From a virus (taxonomy: Duplodnaviria > Caudoviricetes): a stretch of 64,000 nt of DNA. Location: positions 821 to 64,820 of IMG/VR virus record IMGVR_UViG_3300010938_000036; one strand, 5' to 3'. The notes below the pieces were generated by a model. The model was given only the letters and a program-made list of their open reading frames with translations, had not been told where the DNA came from and made no database searches. The position numbers and the translations under genes are program-made. Shown in pieces: positions 38,323 through 48,305 of the stretch. Within the stretch, counting starts at the first letter, position 1. Every line of letters begins with the position of its first letter.

Positions 38323-39669
38323 ATGAAATTAAAAATTCATGAATTTGTTAAACCATTTTTAGCCGCTTTTTTAAGGGATGAAGAATTTTTTATCAGGATT
38401 AAGGATGATATTTTATTATTTACTTTTGATTCTATTCAGGCAGGGTTGGATTTTATTATAGAGAGAGCGATTAATTTTTATAATACTTATAAAAAAATGC
38501 CAAATAAAGAATTTTTGTTATTGGAGGTAGAAACAGGAGATTTTAAGGAGGAACAAGTTTTTTTATTAACTAAAATAATTGAGGAAATTTATTCTTTATC
38601 TTTAACGGATGAGAATTATAAGGTTGATAAGTTTGTCGAGTATTTTTATAAGTTATTGTTCCAAACAGAATTTGAGGAATTATTAAATGAAATTAAGGAT
38701 TCTAAAAATTTTGATATACAATCAACAATACGAAAATGTTATAAATTTTTAAATAAAATCAGTCATTATAAGCAAAAAGATTTGTTCTGGGATTTGGTGG
38801 GTGAATTTGTTAAAAGGGAAGAAGAACGAGGATTAAAAAAGGATAATAAGCGATTATTTTTAGGAATTAAGGATTTAGATGATCAACTGGAAATTATACC
38901 TGGGACAATAACTGCTTTTTTGGCGCCTTTCAAGCGTTATAAAAGTATTACCTTAACGCATGTTGGATGGGCGGCTTTAATGCAGGGATTTAATGTTTTC
39001 CATATCAATTATGAAGGAAGGCGTGAGATGTGGGAAGCAAGATATGATGCACGATTGACGGATGTAGATTATAAAAAGATTATTTCAAAGGAAATACGCA
39101 CTCCAGAGGAACAACAAAGGATTGAGACAATTTATAATATTTTATCAAAATTAAAGCAGAGGTTATTTCTTGCTTATGGTGATCCTTATAAAACTAATGT
39201 TGATGATATAGAGCGGATGATTGAAAAGATAGAGAATGATATTGGAGCGAGGATTGATGTAGTTATTATAGATTATTTTCAGATTATGGGAAGTAGTATG
39301 ATGAAGGTTCTTAAAGGCGAAGATGACTGGTTAATGCAGGGTAATATAGCATGGGATTTAGTGCGGTTAGCAAGAAATCCTGAATATGAGCGTATAATAG
39401 TAGGTGCGTTACAAACAAAAATGACTGGTCTTTCAGCGAGTTCAATTAAAAGTCAGCATTCAGGACGGTCTATAATTTTTCCACAGGCGATTGATAATTT
39501 AATAGCAATAAATCAGACTGAGGATGAATTTAGAGAAGGGGTTATAAGATTTTCTCCTTTATTTATTCGGGAGGGAGAAATTAAAAAGGAACACTGTAAG
39601 GTAGAGGCAGAATTATGGAAAATTAAGATTGCAAAGGAAGCGGATAAACTATGGAACAAAATACTTTGA
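38323..39669 (+). CDS. dnaB: DnaB-like replicative helicase
   Basis: LGIKDLD, atypical Walker A APFKRYKS, INYE, VIIDYFQIM, ALQ. Confidence 0.7.
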   Translation: MKLKIHEFVKPFLAAFLRDEEFFIRIKDDILLFTFDSIQAGLDFIIERAINFYNTYKKMPNKEFLLLEVETGDFKEEQVFLLTKIIEEIYSLSLTDENYKVDKFVEYFYKLLFQTEFEELLNEIKDSKNFDIQSTIRKCYKFLNKISHYKQKDLFWDLVGEFVKREEERGLKKDNKRLFLGIKDLDDQLEIIPGTITAFLAPFKRYKSITLTHVGWAALMQGFNVFHINYEGRREMWEARYDARLTDVDYKKIISKEIRTPEEQQRIETIYNILSKLKQRLFLAYGDPYKTNVDDIERMIEKIENDIGARIDVVIIDYFQIMGSSMMKVLKGEDDWLMQGNIAWDLVRLARNPEYERIIVGALQTKMTGLSASSIKSQHSGRSIIFPQAIDNLIAINQTEDEFREGVIRFSPLFIREGEIKKEHCKVEAELWKIKIAKEADKLWNKIL

Positions 39670-39977
39670 AAGAATTTTATTATGATTTTTTATTACAGGT
39701 TTATGAGATTTTAGAAGATGATATTGCTCAATTTTATCATGAATTAGAGAAAACTCTTGGCTACGATAAGGAGCAAGGTCAAGGTATGGAATTCAATACT
39801 CAGAGAATTATTTTTTTGTTATTTTTTTATAAGGAATTGGTAAATTTTATGACGAGATTATTTGAAACAGAAAAGGTTTTGACTTCTGAAAAAATTAAGG
39901 AACATTTTACTCAGTGGCGTAATAATCAAAAAATTTTGGAGGAGTTTGATGAATTTATACGAGTATCTCAGAAGTAA
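39651..39977 (+). CDS. Hypothetical protein
   Basis: 108-aa coupled ORF. Confidence 0.5.
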   Translation: MEQNTLKEFYYDFLLQVYEILEDDIAQFYHELEKTLGYDKEQGQGMEFNTQRIIFLLFFYKELVNFMTRLFETEKVLTSEKIKEHFTQWRNNQKILEEFDEFIRVSQK

Positions 39978-40851
39978 AAATTTTCGTGGCTGGAAGGAAC
40001 GCGGTAATAAAATTTTTATTTGTTGTCCTTTTCATGATGACCATAATCCTTCGCTTAATATAGATTTAGACAAAAGATTATGGTATTGTTTTGGTTGCGC
40101 TGAAGGTGGACGCATTGAGAGTTTTATTGCACGGTTAGAAGGGATTTCATATAAGAATGCCTGTCAGTTGTTAGATGATAGAAGTTTAAAGAAGAGGAAT
40201 ATGGTCAATAGGATTGATATAAAGAAGGGATTATCAAAAGAATTAATGTATCAGATTTATGTAGAAGCGGAACATGATTATTTACCATCTTTTTTAGAAC
40301 AGCGAGGAATTATAAAGGAGGATTTACAGCGGTTTAGATTTGGTATAGTTTTGGATGATATTATAGTTGATTTAGGGACAACAAAGTTTTCTTTGATGGG
40401 ATGGGCGGTATTTCCGATTTTTGATTGGAATGATATTTTTCAGGGGCTTTCTGCAAGATTTTTATCCTTTAAAAATAAGATTTTTTGGAATGCAGATACG
40501 ATTGCGCCTTATTTTTGGGGTGAATGGTTGGTGTCTAAAATGGAACCTGTAACTAAAGTAATTTTGGTGGAAGGGATTTTTGATGCTATTTTTTTGTTAA
40601 AGAATGATTTACCAACAATTGCAATAATGGGAAAATTTTTAAATGATTTAAAAATGAAGCGATTAATAGATAGGGGTATAGAGAAGGTTTTGATTTATTT
40701 GGACCCAGATGCCATTGAGGATGCTACAAGATTAAGACAGCGGTTAGATTTATTGGGGTTGAAATCACAAATTATAGAAGCAAATTCTGACCCTGATGAA
40801 TTGAGTTTATCAGAAATTCAAGAAATTAAGCAAGTTTTTGAAAATTTTTAA
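39946..40851 (+). CDS. dnaG: DNA primase (CHC2 zinc finger + TOPRIM)
   Basis: CPFHDDHNPS...CFGC; LVEGIFDA; LDPD. Confidence 0.9.
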   Translation: MMNLYEYLRSKNFRGWKERGNKIFICCPFHDDHNPSLNIDLDKRLWYCFGCAEGGRIESFIARLEGISYKNACQLLDDRSLKKRNMVNRIDIKKGLSKELMYQIYVEAEHDYLPSFLEQRGIIKEDLQRFRFGIVLDDIIVDLGTTKFSLMGWAVFPIFDWNDIFQGLSARFLSFKNKIFWNADTIAPYFWGEWLVSKMEPVTKVILVEGIFDAIFLLKNDLPTIAIMGKFLNDLKMKRLIDRGIEKVLIYLDPDAIEDATRLRQRLDLLGLKSQIIEANSDPDELSLSEIQEIKQVFENF

Positions 40852-40859
40852 AAAAAGAC

Positions 40860-40888
40860 TTGACAAGGGCTTTATAAAGTTTTATAAT
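40860..40888 (+). promoter_or_regulatory. Perfect sigma70 promoter
   Basis: TTGACA-N17-TATAAT; ATG at 40895. Confidence 0.85.
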
Positions 40889-40894
40889 AAAATT

Positions 40895-41095
40895 ATGAGG
40901 ATTGAATTAGATTTAATACCTTTTGAAGAAGCAGCAAGGATGATACCTTGTCATAAGACTTTATTATATTATTATTTAAAGAGGGATAAAATTCCTGTTT
41001 ATGTAATAGCCAATAGATATTTTATAGATAACGAAACATTAGAAGAAATTAGGAAAAATTTGAAGGAGAAAAAATGGACTTACAAGAAGAATTAG
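40895..41095 (+). CDS. Excisionase-like (HTH_17) DNA-binding protein
   Basis: LIPFEEAARMIPCHKTLLYYYLKRDKIP...RYFID. Confidence 0.7.
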   Translation: MRIELDLIPFEEAARMIPCHKTLLYYYLKRDKIPVYVIANRYFIDNETLEEIRKNLKEKKWTYKKN

Positions 41096-42051
41096 TAAAT
41101 TTTTGTCAAAATAAGAGTAGTTTTCAGTTTGTTTCAAATTTAATTCAGGAAGAGGTGGACGATTTACAGCAGGATTTTTTCCTTTATTGTTTCAGGCGTT
41201 TAAAGGATTTTGATAGTAGCAAGGGTTCTTTAAAAAATTTTTTCAGGGTTTTATTACAACATTTTTTATCTGAAAGGGTAAGGGTATATAATGAACATAA
41301 AAGGAAATTTGTAAATTATGAATTAATGGAGGTTTTAAGAAAAGAAGGAACCAGAGATTCTGAATTAGAGATTTTAGAACATGAAATAATAAATGTTAGA
41401 AATTTGAAGAAGGAGGTTAAAATGAAGCAAGATTTAAGAGAATTATTTTTTGATTTGATTGTAAATTTGTGGAATGAGGAGGAAAAGCGTGCTATTAAGG
41501 AGTATGTTAAAAAGGATGTTTTTACAACTGATGATATTTATCCTTGTTTTGGATTTTTTTATTGGAAGGATAAGGAGTGTGAGAAATGTATTTTAAAAAG
41601 GCTATGCAGGGAAGCAATAAAGCAAGTTTGGATACCGTATATTTTTGATTTTATAAGGACTTTAACACCAGAGGAGAAACAAGAATTTGTTTTAACAATT
41701 GTTCAGATTTTTGAACCTTTAATTCAAATTAGGAATGTAGAGAAGAAGGTCGGTTCAACTGTTTCTGGTTTATCTGCAATTCAGGATAAATATAAACTTG
41801 AGACTTATGGATTTAAGATTAATAGCAGAATGGGACGGTTAGTTTATTATTTATTAGAGAATGATGGTGATATAGATAAAGCGGTAGAACAAACTGCAAA
41901 TGAATTTCATGAAGATCCCAAAAGTATATCCAGGTATTTCAGAACGCAGGGATTTTATTTTTTAAGGAAGCGTGGGTTTAAAATAGAGAAACTTGATAAT
42001 AAAAGGATTAAATTGATTTTCCCTGAGGGGACTGTAAATGCAAATTCTTAG
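41074..42051 (+). CDS. Sigma-70 region-2-like protein with Cys-rich middle and HTH-like C-terminus
   Basis: DDLQQDFFLYCFRRLKDFDSSKGSLKNFF resembles ECF sigma region 2; CFG..ECEKCILKRLC. Confidence 0.55.
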   Translation: MDLQEELVNFCQNKSSFQFVSNLIQEEVDDLQQDFFLYCFRRLKDFDSSKGSLKNFFRVLLQHFLSERVRVYNEHKRKFVNYELMEVLRKEGTRDSELEILEHEIINVRNLKKEVKMKQDLRELFFDLIVNLWNEEEKRAIKEYVKKDVFTTDDIYPCFGFFYWKDKECEKCILKRLCREAIKQVWIPYIFDFIRTLTPEEKQEFVLTIVQIFEPLIQIRNVEKKVGSTVSGLSAIQDKYKLETYGFKINSRMGRLVYYLLENDGDIDKAVEQTANEFHEDPKSISRYFRTQGFYFLRKRGFKIEKLDNKRIKLIFPEGTVNANS

Positions 42052-43051
42052 GATAGATTTAGTATCCTTTTTAAATAGGATTTTTACAGAGCGGATTTTA
42101 GATGAACACAAAAAGATTAATTTGGTTGATGGTAATTTATTGATAGGTTTAGAAACTGTAAGATGTTTTGTAACTAATTTTTATAAAGGGAAAGTGCAGG
42201 GAACAATCTTGGCATATTCTTTTCTGGATTGTCTACGGCTTTTCCCAGAGGTGCAGATAAATGAGGATAAATTGATACTTAATCTTAATCATAAGGAAGA
42301 TTTTTTATTGGATTTGAAAGTTCGGTTGTTGCCGTTAGAACAAAATTTTAAAATTGTTCCTGAAACTAAGTCAATTGTTCGAATAAATTTAGAAACTGAT
42401 TTTTTGAAAAGAGCAGTTAGAATATTTCCAGAATTAACCAAAGGGATATTATCTACTTCTTTTTTGGTATTTATTCAGGATAAAAATTTAATTGTTTTAT
42501 CTCCTGCCAAGGTTTTGATTTTGAATAAAAAAAGTATTGGGGCAGGGATAATGGTGCCATTTAAGATGATAGATTTATTATCATTTTTAGAATGTGAAGG
42601 TGGGATACAGTTTTGGGAAAAGGATAATATTGTATCTTGTATGATTAATGATGTCAATTTACAGGTAGCGAAAACGGTAACGGAATTGGAAGGAAGAAAG
42701 ATTTTAGATTTTGTAACGGATAATTTAGAAAAAATTAAATGGATAGCAAAAGTTGAAGGTGGAATTTTGAAGAAATCTTTGGGGTATTTAAGGATACTCG
42801 ATGAAATTGTAGAGATGAATTTTGTTAAAGGAGAGATAAGAATTAAGGGTATTATAACTAATTTACGAATACCTGCAAAGGTATATAGTAGTTTTCATAC
42901 CTTTAATTGTAATTTATATTCATTATTGGAGTTTTTACAGGATGATTTGGTAGAAATTGGTGTAATTGATGAAAAGTTTTTAGTTTTTATGCAGAATAAT
43001 GATTTTTTGATTTTTTTAAGACAGAAGAAGGATGAAGATAATAAAGAGTAA
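42038..43051 (+). CDS. Possible divergent beta sliding clamp
   Basis: 337 aa, repeating alpha/beta pattern, adjacent to polymerase and clamp loader; no strong motif. Confidence 0.4.
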   Translation: MQILRIDLVSFLNRIFTERILDEHKKINLVDGNLLIGLETVRCFVTNFYKGKVQGTILAYSFLDCLRLFPEVQINEDKLILNLNHKEDFLLDLKVRLLPLEQNFKIVPETKSIVRINLETDFLKRAVRIFPELTKGILSTSFLVFIQDKNLIVLSPAKVLILNKKSIGAGIMVPFKMIDLLSFLECEGGIQFWEKDNIVSCMINDVNLQVAKTVTELEGRKILDFVTDNLEKIKWIAKVEGGILKKSLGYLRILDEIVEMNFVKGEIRIKGIITNLRIPAKVYSSFHTFNCNLYSLLEFLQDDLVEIGVIDEKFLVFMQNNDFLIFLRQKKDEDNKE

Positions 43052-44474
43052 AAGTGAATTGCCTGAAATAGGTAATTGTATTTATTTATTTTTTTTAATG
43101 GATTTTCAAGAAGATATATTAGGAATGGATACTGAATTGAGAGGTAAAATTGATGGATTAGATTTAGCCATTTTAGTAAATAATCAGGATAGTATTATTA
43201 TGCAATTGAATTCTGAATTGTTAGATTTTTTAAAAAGTATAATAGAGGACAGAACAATTATTAAGGTGATAGGTGGTGCAAGGGTTTTACCTATTATAAC
43301 TTCTAAATACGGGTTTATATGGCGGAATTTTGTGGATTTAGATTTTTTATTTTTACTCTTTGGAATAGAGAGAGGTATACGGGATTTTCGTATTAGGGGA
43401 TTATTGACACCCGAACAGTTTTTTACTTTTTATTTAACCAAGGCGAAAGCAGAATGGAATTTTTATTTATTTTTACAACAGATTTCACATTTGTTTAATC
43501 TTAAATTTATTAAATTGAGTGAGTTATTAAGGGATGTGCAGCAGATTTTTTATTTGATGAGTGTAAATGGAATTAAGGTTAATACTATTTTTTTAGAAAA
43601 TTTAATTCAGAAGAAGGATTTATTGCCAGATTTTGCAAAAAAAATTTTAGAGAATTTTATTCAGTTTATTAAAAATGACAGGATTTATTTTACTTGTGAT
43701 TTTGAAACAGCATCCTTGCGTGCAACAACAAGGAATTTTAATGTCCAAGGATTACCTCAATCTGTGGTATTGCAGAATGGTGAGATAGTTAATTTTAGGA
43801 ATTTGCTGTGTGCTGAGGACGGGTATGATTTGGTCTCTTGTGATTTTGATCAATTGGAGGTGCGTATTATAGCACATTTATCGCAGGATAAAAATTTGCT
43901 TAATTTTTTTAAACAGAATAAGGATTTTCATTTAGAGACCGCTAAATTTCTTTTTAGGGTTCAAGAAGACGATAAGGATATAAATATTTTTAGACAAAAG
44001 GCGAAAAGGATTAATTTTGCTATGTTTTATGGTATGGGTGCAAAAAAATTGGCTACTGAATTACAGATTGCAGAAACAGAGGCAGAGCAGTTAATTGAAA
44101 ACTGGAAAATATTATATAGAGGAGTAGAAATTTTAAAAGAATTTGTATATAACAAATATCAAAAGGACGGGTTTATAATAAATCTTTTTGATATGCCTAC
44201 ATCATTTATGGATGGTATTACCAAAAATGAGATTTTTAATTGGGTAATACAATCTTCTGGGTCTATTCTTTCTCATTTAAGTTTGAGACGAATTTATTTT
44301 GAATGTTTACAAAGGGATTGGGATGCTATGCCAGTTCTGGATTTGCATGATGGTTTTGTTTTTGAGGTAAATAAGGGTTATACGAAGGATTTTGTTAAAT
44401 TGTTAAAACAGATTTTTGAAGATTGGGATTTGACGGTTCCTATAACTGTTAAAATTAAAGTTAATGAGGTTTGA
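43032..44474 (+). CDS. polA: Family A DNA polymerase (compact)
   Basis: NVQGLP, motif A CDFDQLEVR, motif B RQKAKRINFAMFYG, motif C LHDGFVFEV. Confidence 0.85.
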   Translation: MKIIKSKSELPEIGNCIYLFFLMDFQEDILGMDTELRGKIDGLDLAILVNNQDSIIMQLNSELLDFLKSIIEDRTIIKVIGGARVLPIITSKYGFIWRNFVDLDFLFLLFGIERGIRDFRIRGLLTPEQFFTFYLTKAKAEWNFYLFLQQISHLFNLKFIKLSELLRDVQQIFYLMSVNGIKVNTIFLENLIQKKDLLPDFAKKILENFIQFIKNDRIYFTCDFETASLRATTRNFNVQGLPQSVVLQNGEIVNFRNLLCAEDGYDLVSCDFDQLEVRIIAHLSQDKNLLNFFKQNKDFHLETAKFLFRVQEDDKDINIFRQKAKRINFAMFYGMGAKKLATELQIAETEAEQLIENWKILYRGVEILKEFVYNKYQKDGFIINLFDMPTSFMDGITKNEIFNWVIQSSGSILSHLSLRRIYFECLQRDWDAMPVLDLHDGFVFEVNKGYTKDFVKLLKQIFEDWDLTVPITVKIKVNEV

Positions 44475-45425
44475 ATGCCATTAGTAGATAAATATAGACC
44501 AAGGGTTTTTTCAGAATTTTATGGGAATAGTGCGGTAATAGAAAGGGTTAAAAAAATATTAATACAGAAAGATATTCCGCATGCTTTTTTAATTGTAGGA
44601 GATTATGGTATCGGTAAAACATCATTAGCCAGGTTGATGGCTCGTGCTTTAAATTGTGATAAGTTTGCGGAGAAGTTGGAAATTTGTTTGGAATGTGATA
44701 ATTGTAAAAAAATGAATAAAATGACTTATGATATTTTAGAAATTGATGCAGCAACAAATCGTGGAATTCAGGAAATTCGTAGAGTGAAGGATTTTTTGAT
44801 TGCGCATCCCTTTGAGTTAAGACGCAAGGTTTTGATTTTGGATGAGACACAGCAATTGACAAGTGAAGCAGTATCCGCATTATTAAAAATTGTGGAAGAA
44901 CCTCCTGAATTTTCTTTTATTATAATGGTAACTACAAATCAGGAACAAATAATAAAGAGTTTATTGAGTAGATTATTTGTTATTAAATTGGAAAGGCCGA
45001 CATCACAGGTTTTAAGAAATTTTTTACGAGATATTTGTTCTAAAGAACAGATGAATGAGCCAGTTTTACCAGAAGGAGTTGCGACTTTTAGAGATATTTT
45101 AAATTGGTTAGAAGGTTCAAATATTAGTTTTATTAATATAAGTTTGGAACAATTTTTATTATTATGGAAGCAGGGAGAATTACAAAAAATAATAAACTTT
45201 GTGCAGGAACAACCTATTCCATTTGAATTTTTAATTTTTGTTATTAATAATTTGATAGAAAGGATAAGTAAGATTAATTCTGGAAATAATTTATTGTTTT
45301 TATCAGGGTTAATCAATATTGTTAGTTTAATGCAACATTTACCTAATACTGCTTTTAACAGGGTTTTTTTGGTGCGGTCAATTTTTATGATTGAACAGTT
45401 ATTAAATCAGTATTTAAAAAAGTAA
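44475..45425 (+). CDS. dnaX: DnaX (gamma/tau)-like clamp loader subunit
   Basis: KYRPRVF, GDYGIGKT, LNC...CLECDNC, EIDAA, ILDE, LLKIVEEPP, LLSR. Confidence 0.85.
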   Translation: MPLVDKYRPRVFSEFYGNSAVIERVKKILIQKDIPHAFLIVGDYGIGKTSLARLMARALNCDKFAEKLEICLECDNCKKMNKMTYDILEIDAATNRGIQEIRRVKDFLIAHPFELRRKVLILDETQQLTSEAVSALLKIVEEPPEFSFIIMVTTNQEQIIKSLLSRLFVIKLERPTSQVLRNFLRDICSKEQMNEPVLPEGVATFRDILNWLEGSNISFINISLEQFLLLWKQGELQKIINFVQEQPIPFEFLIFVINNLIERISKINSGNNLLFLSGLINIVSLMQHLPNTAFNRVFLVRSIFMIEQLLNQYLKK

Positions 45426-45452
45426 TAATAAATAGGACTTAAAGGAGGAAAA

Positions 45453-46184
45453 ATGGAGAATTTATGTCAGTATGAGATAGAACGGGTAATAAAGAATGTG
45501 GATGATATTATTATAGAGGTCAAGCAAGGAGATAAGATAGTGCGGTTTTCGGCAAGAGATTTAGTAGTTTCTGATGATTTAGTTTTTGATGCGAAGAGGA
45601 ATCCAGCATTGGAGGTTTTTTGGGAGGGTTTATCATCTTCTATTAAGTATATGGAAGCAGAATTAGAAATTAAAATATCCGAATATATAGCATATCATAA
45701 GCAATTTTTGAAATGGTTTTTAAAAGGTAAGGGAGAGAAGGATACAATTGAGGCGAGGAATGAGGCGTTTTTTCTGGTTTATGCTGAAAATGTTACGGCG
45801 GAGGATGAGAAATTAGCGGCAATTTTTGCTTTTAAGGGATATTGTGAGGAGAGGAAACAACCTCTAAATATGGATGAATGGAATATTTTATTGCAGTGGG
45901 TTAATAATAGTAGTTTACAGGTGAATGTTCGGGATTTTAGTGTTTTTAGACGGAAAATGTTTGCTTCTAAGGGGAATGGTATTTTTTATGATAAACTATT
46001 ACATGAACAACTAATGCTTCAAGATATTGCAAGGACTATTGATGCAATAGCAAAGGGGATGGCGCAGAAGGGAGTATTATTGGCGTCATTAATTTCAGGG
46101 CAGAAGAGTTTAATGGCTCAAAAAGAAAAGGTTTTTGAAAAGGTTTTATCTATGGATGAAAATAAAAATTTAGAGGAGGTATAA
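45453..46184 (+). CDS. Hypothetical helical protein
   Basis: Strong AAGGAGG RBS; between clamp loader and SSB-like gene. Confidence 0.55.
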   Translation: MENLCQYEIERVIKNVDDIIIEVKQGDKIVRFSARDLVVSDDLVFDAKRNPALEVFWEGLSSSIKYMEAELEIKISEYIAYHKQFLKWFLKGKGEKDTIEARNEAFFLVYAENVTAEDEKLAAIFAFKGYCEERKQPLNMDEWNILLQWVNNSSLQVNVRDFSVFRRKMFASKGNGIFYDKLLHEQLMLQDIARTIDAIAKGMAQKGVLLASLISGQKSLMAQKEKVFEKVLSMDENKNLEEV

Positions 46185-46187
46185 ACC

Positions 46188-47327
46188 ATGAAATTTGTAG
46201 AAGGGTTTTTAGGTGATGGAGCAAGGGAACAAAAAGGAATAGGCAGAGGTCCAATGTTTTGTACTCTTAATCCATTGGAAGCGGGTAAACAATTTGTTAA
46301 TCGTTTATTGTTTTTCCCATTTAGACCGTCCAGATTACCAATCTTTAATATGGTTGATCCTGAATTATATACTTTACGGGTTCCTTTACAATTACATTAT
46401 TTACTCTATGAAGATATCAATGGAGAAATTCAGAGGGCTACTTATTTGTGTAAGAGAGAAATGACCAAATTATTTATTGCTAATTTTGGTAATGGCGAAT
46501 ATTTTGGACAGGATTGTAGTCTATGTCAGCAATCTGATAAATTGTATGAAAAATATAATGAAAGAAGGAAACAGGTTGGTTTATATAAGGTTAAGATGGA
46601 TAAGGATGAATATTTAAAAAGAGTTAAAGCGGATGAAGTTCTTAATCATATATATAATGAGCAGAGGAGGTTTAAACCTATATTGAGATATTTGTATTTG
46701 GTATTTGATTTAAGTAAATATTTAGGAGAAAAGGAAGCAATGGATGAGGCGATGGGTGTTGAGTTTTTGATGGCAGGTAAACAGATTAAGGATGGATTAC
46801 AGGCGCAAATTTTAGCAGGGCATAAATTCTGGGATTTGAATGAAGGATTAAAGGTAGTAAGAATCACTAAGGATACTACTGAGGGATATACAACAAGCGG
46901 GATTTTGAGGTCAAGTTATTCTGTAGCAATTGAACCTAAAAGTTATGAATTACCTCAAGAGTTGAAACAGTATTTTGCTTCTGGACCTTTTGTAGAAGGG
47001 GATTTTATACCTTTCTGGGATGATGATATTTCTTTGGATAATTTGGTTAAAGTGGATAAGGAGATTGAGCAAGCAGGAGAAAGGGAACAACAAGAAATTA
47101 AAAGACCATTAATTGCACAGCCACAGGAGGATATTAAGCGGGATCATGAAAAAGTGCCTGAAATACCAAAGGTTATGACTAAAGGAACAGATGGTATTGT
47201 ACCGCCTGGAAGTTCTATATCCAAGGGAGTAGATATTAAAACTGTTCCTATTTCTCCGTTAAAGGAGCAAGGGAATGAGATGGAACCAAAGAAAACAGGT
47301 AGTCCTACTAAACGAATAAGATTTTGA
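46188..47327 (+). CDS. Probable gp32-like single-stranded DNA-binding protein
   Basis: H...C...CSLC zinc ligands, RYLYLVFD, VRITK, low-complexity tail. Confidence 0.5.
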   Translation: MKFVEGFLGDGAREQKGIGRGPMFCTLNPLEAGKQFVNRLLFFPFRPSRLPIFNMVDPELYTLRVPLQLHYLLYEDINGEIQRATYLCKREMTKLFIANFGNGEYFGQDCSLCQQSDKLYEKYNERRKQVGLYKVKMDKDEYLKRVKADEVLNHIYNEQRRFKPILRYLYLVFDLSKYLGEKEAMDEAMGVEFLMAGKQIKDGLQAQILAGHKFWDLNEGLKVVRITKDTTEGYTTSGILRSSYSVAIEPKSYELPQELKQYFASGPFVEGDFIPFWDDDISLDNLVKVDKEIEQAGEREQQEIKRPLIAQPQEDIKRDHEKVPEIPKVMTKGTDGIVPPGSSISKGVDIKTVPISPLKEQGNEMEPKKTGSPTKRIRF

Positions 47328-47328
47328 A

Positions 47329-47979
47329 ATGATTAAGTTTGAGGATAACGGATTTGGTTTTATAAAACGGAGTGATAGAGCAGAGGAAAAAAAAGATAGA
47401 TGTTTGACGGGATGGGAGGTAATCGATAATGTTTTGAGATTACCTCCTTTTTCTATTATACAGGTTTTTGGATGGGAAGATGTAGGTAAGACTTCTTTTG
47501 CTTTATTTTTTGCCAGAAAATTTAAAGAAAAAAATCCAGATAAACGGGTTTTATTTTTTGATTTAGATAAAACACTTGATTTAAGTTTTGCTCAAAAGAT
47601 TATTGATAATGCAGAAATTATAGTTTTAAAATTAAGTAGGATAGATGACATTTTATATAGTGTAGCAGAAATTCAACCTGAATTAATAATTTTTGATTCT
47701 ATTGTTAATTTAGAAAATTTAAATATCAGGGAAATGATAAGATTAATTAAGGGTATCAAAAATAAAATAGATAAGGGGATAATTTTATTGGTTAATCAGA
47801 AAAGGCAGAGTAATTTTGTAGAAACCATCTTTTTATGGGATATTTATTTTTTATCTTTTTTAGTGGCGGAGTTAACTAAAGAACCTCTTATTAATGATAA
47901 TTTTGCGGTTAAAATTTTTTTTAATAAAGCACCAGCGATTCTTTTAAATAAAGAATTTAAGGTTGATTTTATTTTATAA
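47329..47979 (+). CDS. Short RecA/RadB-like ATPase
   Basis: TGWEVIDNVL, GWEDVGKT, FFDLD, IIFDSI, LVNQ. Confidence 0.7.
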   Translation: MIKFEDNGFGFIKRSDRAEEKKDRCLTGWEVIDNVLRLPPFSIIQVFGWEDVGKTSFALFFARKFKEKNPDKRVLFFDLDKTLDLSFAQKIIDNAEIIVLKLSRIDDILYSVAEIQPELIIFDSIVNLENLNIREMIRLIKGIKNKIDKGIILLVNQKRQSNFVETIFLWDIYFLSFLVAELTKEPLINDNFAVKIFFNKAPAILLNKEFKVDFIL

Positions 47980-47985
47980 TTTTTG

Positions 47986-48014
47986 TTGACTTTTATTTTT
48001 TAAAACAATAAAAT
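47986..48014 (+). promoter_or_regulatory. sigma70-type promoter
   Basis: TTGACT-N17-TAAAAT; ATG at 48022. Confidence 0.65.
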
Positions 48015-48021
48015 AAAATTA

Positions 48022-48273
48022 ATGGGTAGGCGATGTTTTGAAAAAGGTTTAATTTGTAATAAAAAGGATTGTGGCTTTTTTATTTATGATATAAGGTTTA
48101 ATAATTGTGCTAAGCAGGTTAATGAGGAAATGTCAGAGGAGGAGATTTCTTTTGTAACTGGTATGGGCAAGAATGAGGTTCAGGAAATAATTAATACAGC
48201 ATTAAAAAAAATTTATAGGACTATTTATCAGAATGAAATTAGTAATTTACAAGATAAAATTAAAAAAATTTGA
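48022..48273 (+). CDS. Cys-rich N-terminus plus sigma-70 region-4-like HTH
   Basis: C..C...C...C then MSEEEISFVTGMGKNEVQEIINTALKKI. Confidence 0.65.
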   Translation: MGRRCFEKGLICNKKDCGFFIYDIRFNNCAKQVNEEMSEEEISFVTGMGKNEVQEIINTALKKIYRTIYQNEISNLQDKIKKI

Positions 48274-48298
48274 TTTAAATTCTATATTGTGTTATAAT
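48270..48298 (+). promoter_or_regulatory. sigma70-type promoter
   Basis: TTGATT-N17-TATAAT with TG extension; ATG at 48306. Confidence 0.7.
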
Positions 48299-48305
48299 AA
48301 TTATA

